Shown here: piece after piece, positions 49,207 through 61,451 of the stretch
Layout of the letters: the number at the start of each line of letters is the position of its first letter
How positions within the stretch are numbered: the first letter of the stretch is position 1
NCBI GenBank assembly: GCA_964187785.1
Contig: OZ076412.1
Span: 25,048,001-25,112,000, forward strand
Source of the DNA: Amphiscolops sp. MND2022
Taxonomy: Eukaryota
Direction: 5' to 3'
DNA: 64,000 nt
Program-made: the position numbers and the translations under genes
Notes under the pieces: generated by a model
What the model saw: the letters and a program-made list of their open reading frames with translations, nothing else
Told to the model about the DNA's origin: nothing
Database searches by the model: none

Positions 49207-51795
49207 TTGGCAGCAGTAGACTCCTCAGCAGAAACCACTGAATTAATCCAACGGTTGAAAAAAATAGTAAAACCCGGCATTTATCGTATGACCGGAGGAA
49301 AATGGAAAAAGTACCATGAGCCCAAATTCCTACGGAACGAAAGACGGGTAATAGAAGAGAGACTCCAACAAATCATACAAGGCAGAGAACAGGGCGACTT
49401 GAGACAACGAATTGGCCCACAACACAGCGGTGGATTCCAGCCACAAACAAGAAGATCCGAACAGTGGACCGTAGATCCATTCTGGGAAATGGATAGACCA
49501 ACGCCGGCCCAATACGAAGATCTACCCGAACCACCGACAGCCACACCGGGACATGAACTGTTCGCTCCCATGCCAATGGAAGAGGGCGAAATCGAGTCGG
49601 AGACGGACCAAGACCCGTCAATTCTAGAAGTACCCGCAATGAACTGGGCACGCTACGTTGGAGTTAAAAGCGTGCAATATGTCAAAATGGGGCACGCTCC
49701 AAAAGTCTTGGCACAAGAAACAAACAATTGGGACCTGGAACAGGCGGTGAGAGAAACCGAAAGGAATTTTTCCACAGACCTGCAACTGCTAATGAGCGAG
49801 ACAACCAACGATCCGGTCCTGCTAAAAACACTGGTTTGCCTCGAACGCCAGCAACACGACCAAATCCCAGACGAATACCTACCCCACAAAAAGAAATTAT
49901 CAAGCCGGTTCGGTCTAGTATTCATTGAAGACAAAATAATTGTCCCAAAGAATTTCCGAACAACGATCATTAGCCTACTACACAAAGGCCACCCCGCCAT
50001 CAATAAGATGACATCTGCCGCAAGACATTTCTGGTGGCCGAAGATGACCGAGGCAATTCAAAAGAAATGCGAGTCATGCATCCCCTGCAAAATGTCCGGT
50101 AGGAGTATTAAATCTGATATACCAAGTACGGAAAAGAACCACCTTCCCCGGTTAGAAAATCCAAACGAAGAAATTCAATTGGATTTTATCGGACCAATCA
50201 CGGTAGACAACCGTCGATTTCACATTTTACTATCTATGGACCGGTTCAATAAGTGGCCAGCGGCAAGCTTCTGCACGTCTACCGATGGCGAAACGGCGAT
50301 AAAATTTCTTGAACAGTACATTCAATTAAACGGAGTCCCTAAAACGATAAGGACCGATAAGGCTACCGCCTTTACGGGACGCTCATTTAGAAACTTCTGT
50401 AAAGAACACTATATCAAACTAATATACGGGACACCGTATATCCATACCCCCACCGGTTTAGTGGAACGGGGGGTCAGAAAACTGAAGGAAAATCTGCTTA
50501 CGAACATTAAAACCGGGGAACGCTTCAGCAAAGCACTGGACCTATCATTAGACGTAATGAGAAAAACACCACACTCGCGTTTAAAAAAATCCGCCTTTGA
50601 ATTACACTATGGACGGAAACCTAACACGGAAATAAGTAACCTACTGAAACTTGATAACGTAGAAAAATTAACAAAAAATTCCGTTTCAGCAAAACCAGAT
50701 ACCTTGCAGGTATACTCGTTCAATGGAGCCGGCGGTGTGTCCGACCAGCTACCAATGAAGACGAAGAAAAACGCAAAAGGAGTTAGTAACTATCCATTCT
50801 TCTTTTTAGAAAAAAAACACCAACGTAATAAATTCGAAAGTGCATACTCCGATAAACCGCAATTAGCAGTATCGGGCACTAAACATACCATAACCACACC
50901 AAATGGAAGAATCCTACATAGGAAAGTGATTAGTAAACCCATTTCTAACTTTAACCAGGAACAAAACAACAGAGGGATCGGGCCACGTGGACCAGACGGC
51001 CGATTTATCACATCACCGTCCAAACACAGACGAACGACGGTAATCGAATCGGACAGCGAGTCAGAGACGCCATTAATGGATACAACAAGTCCAAAGACCC
51101 CGGAACCACAACCCAATACAACAATCAAAACGGGCACAATCGGGAGTGGCAGACCAAAGTTGGTTCGAGACCGTACAACCCCAAACTCTCCACAAGCAAC
51201 AACTACATTGGGCCCACTAACCATAGTCACAGCAAATATGACGGACACGGAAATAGACCGCGCCATAACCGACACCAAAAACGCGGACCAAGAACTTTTT
51301 CTCAGAGATGAAAACGGTAAGGTACTTATTAATAACTCCAGCCAGAACACTTTAGAAGATAACTTTGAAAATTCTGATCTAGACTTAGCGAGCAATTTGA
51401 GCTCAAGCACTGAAATTGACAAGGAAGAAAAGGAACCCATTCGCAGATCAAAGAGACTGACAAAAACCAACCCAATCATTAGATATAATAATCCCATTTG
51501 TCATGATTACAGGAAACACCGTAAACAGACTGAATTCGGAAACACAGGATCAACCAACAGCACAACCGGAGGGGAAAGAAGACGATCTCTAGACAGGTCA
51601 GACACACACATCCAGACGTTACGGCCAATCGCGAACCGGAACAAACAAAGTTGCCAGGAACGGTCAACCGTCCACCAGAAACTGGACCAGTGGAGGAATA
51701 CCCGCCACAACAAACATTCCAGCAATCCCATTGGCCGATCATCAGCCAATAGTAAGGGGGAATGTAGAGGACAGACAAACTCTAACACAAACTAA
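49207..51795 (+). pseudogene. pol: Pol: long linker, integrase and long C-terminal extension
   Basis: H(KG)H..C(ES)C zinc finger, IQLDF, IRTDK, LVERG DDE triad; same frame as RT. Confidence 0.92.
51754..51762 (+). promoter_or_regulatory. Polypurine tract
   Basis: AAGGGGGAA directly before the 3' LTR. Confidence 0.85.
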
Positions 51796-51961
51796 TTAGT
51801 CTGCCTTATTGTTATATTGATGCTATTCATAGTTTTGTACCTGCCTGCCACTTAAGAGCAGATGAAGTCTATCACTTGATGATAAAAAAAAAGAGAGATA
51901 GCCAGAGAACAGTTGAATCTTATACAACGATTCTTTTACAAGTTTCAAACAGAATACAACA
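51763..51961 (+). repeat. 3' LTR (199 bp)
   Basis: Matches the 5' LTR. Confidence 0.95.
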
Positions 51962-52672
51962 TAGTCAATCATGAAATATTCGACTTCTAAAACAAGATTT
52001 AGATTAGAATATTATCAATAATAATAGCTTTTTTTTGGCTCAACTCATTATCTCTAAATGAATTTTTTAATTTATAACAAAAGGAAACTATGCTTTATAC
52101 TTTGGGTTGTCTTCAATTAGCGAGCGTTCGGATGTTTGCAATTGTGGCGAGCGTAATGACAGGGAAAAAATAGGTCATTTACTTTTGTTTCCAATATAAT
52201 CTTTAGTGAATGAAGACTTGATCGTTATTAAGTTCAATTGACCATATCAAAAACTTTCCTCAAAATGATACTTCAAAGTAGGTCACTTACTTTCAAATGA
52301 CCATTTATGGAGCTCTGCTTCAAAAAACTAACTTTCAAAGTCATCGAAAATTTATTGGCAGATCGACTAGATCGGAAAAACTAACAAACATGTATTTTCA
52401 ACATGATGTCGAATTCGAGTTGTTAATGGTTCAGTGAAAAAGAGCTTTTTAAAATATCAGGTAGAGAGATAAAAGTGGCGTCTTTGGGGGATAAATCGGA
52501 AATGTATCAGCTGAAGAACGCTCGTGTTGTTTCCCAAGGAGCTGAAAGCCCATAAAAGTAATGATTCATTAAGAACAAATGAGTGATCATTTCATTTAAA
52601 ACAGTTGGGCTCAAAAGCAGAAAATTTAGACTTCGAAATTATAAAAATTAAACAAGAAGCTTCCAATCTAAC

Positions 52673-52744
52673 ATCACCTAATGTAGTCTGACATTCTTAA
52701 CCTAGGTTAACCTAGGTTAAGAATGTCAGACTACATTAGGTGAT
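52673..52744. repeat. Perfect 72-bp spacerless palindrome
   Basis: The 36-bp left arm ATCACC...CCTAGGTT is the exact reverse complement of the right arm. Confidence 0.97.
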
Positions 52745-53012
52745 TTTAGATGGGAAGCTTCTTGTTGAAAATTTTAACCTTCATAGAGCTCTATGGACCT
52801 ATTTTGAAAAAAAAGCTAACATTTTTTTACCAATTCAGAGAGGGGGCACCGCATAACCCCTTTCTGCTTTTGAGTTGGAACCCTTGTGAATCCTATCTTC
52901 TCGGTACAAACTGTGGTGCTAGATTTGCAATCAAGTAGTCAATTGATAGTTGACTCGAAGTTGTTGTTGCCAACTGACTAGCTCAAGGCTGACTGGCCTG
53001 TTCGTGTACCTA

Positions 53013-53186
53013 CAGTACACTTCGGATAATAGAATATCGGCTAATCCAATATTTCTGGTAAACGAATAAATATTTCAATACCCGGCTGTGAAGAATATAC
53101 TAGCATGTTTTCGTTTAATCGAATATTTCGCTGAATCGGATATTTTTCGCCGGTCCCGCCAGTATTCGATTAGCCGAAGTCGACTG
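53013..53186. mobile_element. 174-bp MITE, Tc1/mariner type
   Basis: TA at both flanks; imperfect 24-bp TIRs (CAGTACACTTCGGATAATAGAATA vs CAGTCGACTTCGGCTAATCGAATA). Confidence 0.8.
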
Positions 53187-53663
53187 TAAGTATTTGAAAT
53201 TAATACTCGAAGAAAGCTGCCTGTGGATCGTGTTTCTTTTATTAGATGACATTCTCCGGGTGTTAGACACCCTTTGGTTCTCACCGCTTGCCCTAGTATA
53301 ATACATCCTTGGACTACAAGGCGTTTTTTCAACAATCAAAACGGTTGTGCATCGTGAAAGAATAAACTAAGTCAATCGTCCAAAGTCGTTAATAACACGA
53401 TTTTTTATCAAGCAACACTGATTTCCAAAATTTTTTCACAAAAGTTGAAGTTGAAGAGAAAATTGAGAGAAACAGGACCCTCGCTAAGCACCGGGATAAC
53501 TTACGACCCGTACTATTGTTGCAACGATATACTCTTGCCGTTCGAGGTGTAGCCAATAAACTACTTACTCGCAAAAAAAGTTAGAGAAATTTGACTTTCA
53601 TATTTCGATCAGAAAAGCTTTCATTCATATTGCTCAATGGAAGAGTTAAAGAGTAAAGTATTT

Positions 53664-54400
53664 TAGTCGGCACTTTTCCGTTAAGGAGAAAAGCCCGACC
53701 ATTAAAGTGGCTAGTTTTTCAGTCGGCATTTTTTGTGAAAAAAATACCCGACTCTTACAATGACCCTTTTTTCTCCAGACCACAGACCTCACACTGAAAG
53801 GTCCTCTTTTTACAGAAACTACTAAAACTACTCAGGCCAAGTCCGGCCGAGGCAATCTTAGTCCAAAGGGTCCCCCTTTCATTTTTTACTTTGTTATCGT
53901 AAACTACAAAACCGGACAAGACTAAAGGGTCTCCCTTTCGATATTTTTTGGCACTGTGCGACTTTTTTCGAAAATTCGTTAATCTCTCAAAAGGGTCCCC
54001 CTTCGAGTTGATATTTTGCAACAGAATATATGTTAATAAATCCTAAAGGGCCCTCCCTTTGCAGTTTTCAGCACTATGCGACATTTTCCGAAATAAAAAA
54101 TTCAAAAGTTTCAAAAATTTGATTATTTTGATTTTTTTGCAGCCAACTGGAAGATAAGAAGCCCAAAGGGTCCTCTTTTGCGTTTTTCGGCACAGTGAGA
54201 CTCTTTTTGAAAATTTGTTTTGATCCTGTGGAACTTGAGTTTTCTCAGTGATTGCAGAAAAGATCGACTGTTTTTTTCGACACTATGCGACTTTTCTTCA
54301 ATACAATTTTCACTTGGTCAAAGGGTACACCCTTCTATTTGATAAATGTTTTCGGCCTGAAAAAAGGTTTTGACGAGCTTAGAGCTTCATTTTCGACACT
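53664..54400 (+). mobile_element. HINE-A copy with 5' hairpin terminus
   Basis: TAGTCGGCACTTTTCC..GAAAAGCCCGAC then GGGTCCCCTTT modules; the other end is not seen. Confidence 0.6.
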
Positions 54401-54698
54401 ATGAGATTTCGGCAAAAAATCGCTGCTATAAAATCTCAAAAGATTTGTCTGATATTAGGTTCCCTCAATATATATCTACAAACAATTTTTTAGAAGTCGA
54501 AAAAAAATTTCAACTACTTATGCAATCGTGACGTTTTTTTTCTTCCGATCTTTTAGTGAAAATTTCGAATTTCTCGAAAACTACCCATATGACTTTTATA
54601 AAATTTGACATTCATTCTACACCCAAAATTGCTCTTGCGTGTATATTGGCAGCAAAATCGAAAGACTGCGATCTGAGAAAGATAGCCAAAATTAGTCC

Positions 54699-55196
54699 AA
54701 CAAGACGAGAACGTCTAAAATGGACGCTATATCTAAGGCTCAAGAAGCGAAAAACATTTTTTTTCGAAAAAAACTTGAAATTTTAGAAAAAAAACTTGAA
54801 ATTTTCGAAAAAATTTTTTAAGGAAAATGTCGCACAGTGCAGAAAAAAAATCAAAAGGGAGGACCCTTTAGCCTCGGACGGTTTTGTAGATTACGTTAAA
54901 AAAGAACAAAATGAAAGGGGGGACCCTTTCTTTGGAGACAAAAAAATTTCCGAAAAAAAGTCGCACAGTGCCGAAAAAAAATCGAAAAAATCGAAAGGGG
55001 GGACTCTGTAGTACCGTCCGGTTTTGTAGGTTACCTTGAAAAAGGTTTGCACTAAATTTGCCTTGGCCTCTTTGCCGGACTGGGCGCCTTGGGTGGTTTC
55101 AGGATTGTTTCTAAAAAGTGGACCGATCAGTGTGAGGCTGAAGAAAAAAAGGTCACTGCTATAGTCGGGCATTTTTCCCTTAAAAAGCGCCGACTA
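54699..55196 (-). mobile_element. Complete ~500-bp HINE-A copy
   Basis: AACAAGACGAGAACGTCT at left; hairpin TAGTCGGGC..GCGCCGACTA at 55162-55196. Confidence 0.75.
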
Positions 55197-55656
55197 AAAA
55201 TGACAAAAAACGGTCACTTTTAGACTTTTTACGGTTTTCTCAAAAACTGATCATACGATTCGAACGAAATTTTTTACAGTCACTCTACGTCTTATTAGGG
55301 CCCTATGTGTGCAGGTCAAAAACAATCGCTTCCAATTGTCCCAGCACAATATATCCGAACTTTTAAAGCGTTTTCCGAGCACGAAAAGTATCTTTTGTTT
55401 CGAAACCTTTGTGAGTTTTTCATGACAAAACGTCCTGAGCACATTTTGAAAACTTTGCGCTTTTTGAGTATTAGGTATAGCACCGTCTCGAGACGTTCCC
55501 GTCTTGTTTTTTGTTCTGCTCTATTGACATTCATAACCAGAACATTCAAAAACTGTACAAAAACTGCAAAAAGGTTCGAAAAGACGCCGAATAGGCAGTT
55601 TTGCGTTCCTGATCCAGCCCGTTTTTCGGATACAATTCTTCGTAACAAGACATTGT

Positions 55657-55826
55657 ACCATATTTGAAGCTACGTTGCCAAGCAATGGTCGGCTTGAAGC
55701 AGTGGTATCACAGTAAGGCCTAAAGTGACAAAGTTCTGACTGCTCGACGTTGCTCTTTTAATTTTTGTTTTTTCAGTCAATTGCGTCATTTGTTGTCATA
55801 ACTATACCAGTGAGCGAGAGATGAGC
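55657..55826 (-). mobile_element. SINE-like body fragment
   Basis: GTACCATATTTG...TGGTATCA...TCTGACTGCTC..GTTGC shared with 33989-34150. Confidence 0.5.
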
Positions 55827-55898
55827 AAGTTGTCAAAAAATACATAGGGAAAGCTGGAATTTTTGCACTTTGTTGGGCAATCAGGGACTTTCTGTATT

Positions 55899-56746
55899 TA
55901 GTCGGCGCTTTTATAAATATATTTTCTTTTTTTTCAAGACAGACTTGAAGCGATGAACGTTAATTAACTATCGAACGTTAATTTACTACTAAACTACTGG
56001 ACTGGCAAACGAACGGGGAGCGCATTTAAGATAGTGCAAAGGGTCCCCCTTTCAGTTAGTCCATTTTAATCGTAAGATACAAAACCGGACGAGACTATAG
56101 GGTCCCCCTTTTGAGTTTTTTTGGCACTGTGCGACTTTTTTTCGATTGTTTTTTCTCCAAAGGGTCCCCCTTCAAGTTTTTTGATATTTTACAGCAAACT
56201 GAAGTGTGGAAAAGCCCAAAGGGTCTCCCTTTCCAAGTTTTTCGGCACTCTGAGACTCGCTCAAAATTCTTATTTTTCGATTTTTCGTTTTTTTTTCGAA
56301 AATTTTATACTGTCTTCAATTTTTATAATATTTTGCAATATAATAGATATTTCACAATCCCAAAGGGTCCCCCTTTTAGATTTTTCGGCACTATGAGACT
56401 GTTCAAAATTCTTATTTTTTGTCTGAAATTAGGTTTTCTCAGTATATATCTACCAATATTTTTTTCCATAACTATCTGAAACTTGGACGTAATATCCTGA
56501 GTAAAGCGCTATATCCGAATTTTTGACGTTATATCCGAATCATATTCCATTTTACCAAGGAGGAGGCTGAGGTTCGAAAAGCGCTCCCATTTGGGCCAGC
56601 ACGCTATATCCGAAGTTTGAGACGTTACAACCCGCAACAAATTGGATTTTCAAAAAACCCAAAGGGTTCCCCCTTTTACAATTTCAAAAAGTTTGAGCTT
56701 TTTGAGCCTTAGATATGGCGCCGACTTTAGACGTTCCCGTCTTGTT
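55899..56746 (+). mobile_element. HINE-A copy with both termini and a nested minisatellite piece
   Basis: Starts TAGTCGGCGC; ends GGCGCCGACTTTAGACGTTCCCGTCTTGTT. Confidence 0.7.
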
Positions 56747-57239
56747 TTCCTTTACAGGTAATTTTTAGTTTCAGTAATGAAATTTAGAAACGAAAAATGA
56801 AAACTTTCGGACGATTCTCCCTAGTTTTGGCATCGTCAATTTTAGAATACAATGCGTCAACTTGGCTTTTCTGGAGATTTTAACCGGACTTTTTACTTTC
56901 TTGAGTAAGACTTTCAACTTATTGAGGAAATAAAAAATCAGTCGTTTGAATTAAATTTTATTAGGAGCTGAACCATCATTTTCTAACAATAAGAGGTAAG
57001 ATAGACATGTAAAGGAGTTCGTCCGATAACCATTGACAACAACTACGATAGAAGCTTTGCTGTCTTCTTTTTTTACTGTTGTGTAAAATGGTGCTACAAC
57101 GCGAAATGAATGTCCTTATTTCCTTAGTTTAGACGATGGTGTGAAAGTGTTTAGAAAATAACGCTGCAATGCCATCAGACGAAAACCGTTGAATTGAATA
57201 ATTTGTTAATGTACAACTGTGATATGTGACGACGTCAAC

Positions 57240-57245
57240 TTTATT
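57240..57245 (-). terminator. Candidate polyadenylation signal of gene B
   Basis: AATAAA on the minus strand ~55 nt after the TGA. Confidence 0.5.
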
Positions 57246-57297
57246 ATCATTCTTTTCAGTTTTTTTCAATTCTTTGACTCACTCTCTGGGCCATCAT

Positions 57298-57534
57298 TCA
57301 TCCCTTCTTGCCCTTGGCCGAGCCTTTCTTACTACCCTTAGCTGACCCCTTGGGTGACTTTTTGCCGCCCTTTTTGCTGGCCGAGGCAGGTTTGTCGCCT
57401 CCCGGGGGATTAGTGGCACCCCCACTCTCCATCAAAGCTATGGCATCCAATTTGTCTTGTTCAGCTTGCAAGATCCTCTGTCTCAAGGCTTCTTTCCTGC
57501 CTGTTATGTCGGCTCTCGCACTGTCTACTAGTTC
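57298..57534 (-). CDS. Terminal coding exon of host gene B (coiled coil then Lys/Gly/Ser-rich tail)
   Basis: Acceptor tttttgcgtttcAG, phase 0, 79 codons ending KGKKG-TGA; GC-rich island. Confidence 0.8.
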   Translation of the reverse strand, partial: ELVDSARADITGRKEALRQRILQAEQDKLDAIALMESGGATNPPGGDKPASASKKGGKKSPKGSAKGSKKGSAKGKKG

Positions 57535-57913
57535 CTGAAACGCAAAAAAAACTGATGAAATGGTTGAAAATCAAAGAAGTGGTAACAATAATCATTTGCA
57601 AGATATTTCCTTGACTTTTTCAATGTTCCTTTCAAGATATTTTCTTGAAGTCCCGAAGCTAGTTTTAACACGACAAAAACTTAAAAAACTGATGACTTTG
57701 CAAAATTTTAAATGTTTGACCCGGGTTAATGGAGCTTCAAAACTACACCATCACGTGAAAATTCGAATTTTTGCGGCGTTTCAAATAACTGGCACTCAGA
57801 GATCCCATTTTTCATGTAGTTCACGCACTTTGCCAAGATCCGATCATGATATTGTTGTTTAGATAATCGCAGATCTTCATGTAGTGAACATTAGAAAGGA
57901 GTTTAATCTAGAC

Positions 57914-58100
57914 CTGGAGTGCCTCGTAGTCCTGTATCTGTTTGATCTTCTCCTGATTCCTAGCCGCGAGTTCGTCCTCCCTTCTCTTCTTCATCTCGGC
58001 TCTGATTCGGTTCCATCTCGCGAACTCGGCCACCTTCGCTTCTTTCTCCCGGCTCAACTCGTCTTCGTCCACGAGAATTTTCACGCCATCTTTTGCTTTG
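57914..58100 (-). CDS. Penultimate exon of host gene B (charged coiled coil)
   Basis: Acceptor ctgcttctttcAG, donor CAG|GTCTAG, ends in phase 0 and joins the terminal exon in frame. Confidence 0.75.
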
Positions 58101-61100
58101 CTGAAAGAAGCAGAACTGTTACTGAAATTCCAAGAAAAACAGGAAAACAGGAACAAAATAGGAAAATGAAAGAGAAAAGTTGAACGCTTCACATTTCTTC
58201 TTAAATTCGGTACAATAAAAATCATTTCACGGAATACAACAATTGTAAAAACGTCAACATGATAGCCGTTTCTGCAGTCAGCCATGTTAATACATACCAT
58301 TACGAGACTTGAATGGTATTTTTCAATTTTGCATGGATCCAACACAATTATTATGAAGGAACCGGTCAAATGACGTGTCTAGAATCCTTCTACTTATGCT
58401 ATTTGATGACTTTAACGTCTAAAGTCTAGAACGAAGAAAATGAACCAAAGAGTGGTAGGTAATATTTGTCATTTTTTCTCGAATAAATTTAACAAAACTT
58501 TATGATTTGTCGCCATACTTCATCACTTCATTTAAAGAAGGAAAATCACGCGACAAGTCACAGAATATTTTACAGCGAGACTGCGAAATCGGACTTCAGA
58601 TAATTCTGACGTCCGAGATCAAACTTCTTTTTAGGGACGTTTTTGCACTAATTAAGATCTGCAAACTTCTGAGGCACCAGCTGACCGTATGGTAAAGAAA
58701 ACTCTTGAATAAGATTTTTAGACAATAATACATAGTATTGCACGCATTTTCGAGGATTGTTGACTTGATGGCTCCAAAAACAAGAAAACGGGACCAAAAA
58801 AAATTTAAAAAATGAGCGCAAAATTTCCTTTTTTCCAGTTTTCTCATGTGGCCCACAAGTTCGCAAAAAAAACCCAACCCAGCAGTTCAAAAATCAATTT
58901 GAAGGCCCTGATTTTCTGAATAATTAGCTGAATAAATGTCTAAATATCAGTGAGGGAAGTATCTGAATTCATTTGAACCCTTATAAAGTATACTTACTGC
59001 ATTCGAAATATCAAAATAACGAGTCGAAAGCGGTACAATTCTTACAGAAAAATTTATATGCCATGGCTTTTTGGACAAAACTCTCACTAGTTCAAAATCC
59101 AAACAGAGATGATAAAAATCACAACTAACTTTTTTATCGCGAAAAAAATCTAGAAGAGGTCTAGAAGTGATATCCAAAGAACGTTTTCCAAACTTTCAGT
59201 GATGTCCAGATAAATATTTTTAATCTGGTTTTCCTCATAAATACATTTCAACACTTCGAGTCTCATTTCATTTTTTGTCTCTCAGCTGAAGTGATAAATT
59301 CTTTCAACCTTGCATCTATTAGTCTATTAGAAAGTATATATTCATAACTATTATACAAACACTAGAACGTATACCCTTTTTAAGATGATTAGTAATTCTT
59401 GAGTATAGGCATATTTCAATTTTCACAGAGGCGCTTCCCATTCAAATAATTTTGACGCCTTTAATGCTGCCGTGCCTTTTATATGTGTCACCCGGAGGTT
59501 ACATTTGAACAATTTCAAGTACCATTTAAGGATTAAGCCATTTGCACAACTAATTGAATACTTGAATCGAGTATAAATATTCAACAAATAGTAAAAAGAA
59601 ACAGGAAATACCCAGGAAGATGCAGCTTTTCATGGACTAAAAGCAAAATCAACAGTTGAGGCGGTAAGGAAGCGATGATGAAACAGATACTACTTTAAGG
59701 TATCAGTTAAGAGGAAAAAACTCAGTTGGAGCTTTTTGGAGCCCCCAAAAATTATATTAATGATCCTCTAAAGCAGAATTCACTAGATAAAAAGTGAAAA
59801 TTGATATAATTGAACAAATTCTCAAACTAGTTGCACTATTGAAGAAAAAATTTTATAGAAATTTGACAGCGCTTTGGTGGAAAGAGTCCCCTCGAGTTAT
59901 TCTATCATAAACTATCATAAATTTGGATACCATCTGGGAAATTTCAATTCTTATTCTTTATTCCACTTTCGTTGGCTGTTCCATTTTTTGATGCACCAGG
60001 TCGAAAAAAATCAAAGCTAACATTTTTTACAAAACAGGCCTCTGCGGGGTACCGTATTATTTCTGTTTTTAGGCTTTCATGTTCAATATAAAAGCATATC
60101 TGGAATAACTAAACACTCATGTTTAATCATTATATAGCGCACAATTAATTACTGTACTAGTTTACACCGCCTTTAATTCTTCTCAGACTAAAGAAAATGA
60201 ACTACTAAGCGCACATGAAGTTTCGTATTCGCATTTGAATGCAGGCGAAGCTCTCGGCGAACGAATAATTAACACTTGTTCGCTTCATGTCAATGAATTC
60301 GGCATACGAATGCATAATTGACACTCGCTCGTTCCATCGCACAAGAAACGAATTGTTGTCGGCAGTTTAAGAAATTTAAATCTAACGCTTATACTCACTG
60401 CCGAACAAAATATCTGAAATTTTCAGTAGGTACTCGGATCGCTGACAAAAGTCGACTTGAAAAAAGTGCTTATTTTAGATTTCTAAATTATTCCTGCTAT
60501 CGCAGAAATAATAAACAAGACGAGAACGTCTAACGTCGGCGCTATATTTAAGGCTGAAAAAGTGCAAAACATTTTTTTTGGAAAAAAACTTGAAATTTTA
60601 GAATTTCTTTTAAAAAATGTCGCACAGTGCCGAAAAAATCCAAAGGGGACCCTTTATGCACGTATTGTAGGTTTCCTTGAAAAAGTAAAAAATGAAAAGG
60701 GAGACCCTTTGGACTAAGTTTGCCTTGGCCGGACTTGGCCTTAGGTGGTTTCAGAATTGTTTCTAAAAAGTGGACCGATCAGTGTGAGGATTGTAGTCTG
60801 AAGAAAACAAGATGGGAACGTCTCAAGTCGACGCTATACATAAGGCTTACAAAGCACTAAGTTTTTAGAATATACTCAGGATGTTTTCTATGAAAAACTC
60901 ACAAATAAGGTTAGAAACACCCAGAGGTTCCGTGCTGGGACTAAAGGGTTAGTCTGTTTTCGCAACTCCACCTCCTCTTTCTCCTCTTGAAACGCAATAG
61001 AGTTTGGATATAACGTCATAAATTTGGATAGTATTGAAAAAATATATCGGATATATTGATTGGACAAAACCTAATGTCAAACGAATTAGTTCCGAAAAAT

Positions 61101-61451
61101 TTGAAAGGGCGATCTTTGGAATTTTTTAACATCCATTCTGTTGCAAAATATCAAAAATATGAAGGAGGGACACTTTGGAGAAATTGAAAAAAATCTTTCG
61201 AAAAGTCACACAGTTTTCAGACGAAACCTGAGAATTTGGAACAGTCTCATAGTCCCGCAAAATGTTAAATGGTTAAAGGGGATCCTTTGAGATTTTTTAA
61301 CATCGATTTTGATGCAACACAAGACGAGAACGTCTAAAGTCGGCGCCATATCTAAGGCTCAAAAAGCGTAAAACACTTGTTTTGGAAAAAAATTGAAATT
61401 TTTGAAAAAAATTTTTCTTTTAAAAGAAGTCGCATAGTGCCGAAAAATGTA

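Larger units (their letters stand above)
45895..51961 (+). mobile_element. Full-length Ty3/Gypsy LTR retrotransposon (inactivated)
   Basis: Two TG..CA LTRs, perfect 5-bp TSD TAGTC (45890-45894, 51962-51966), PBS, PPT, gag-PR-RT-RH-INT. Confidence 0.97.

Noticed and set aside
60210-60292. Short imperfect inverted repeat (ACATGAAG...CTTCATGT)
   Set aside because: 8-bp arms are expected by chance in AT-rich DNA; no TSD or second copy
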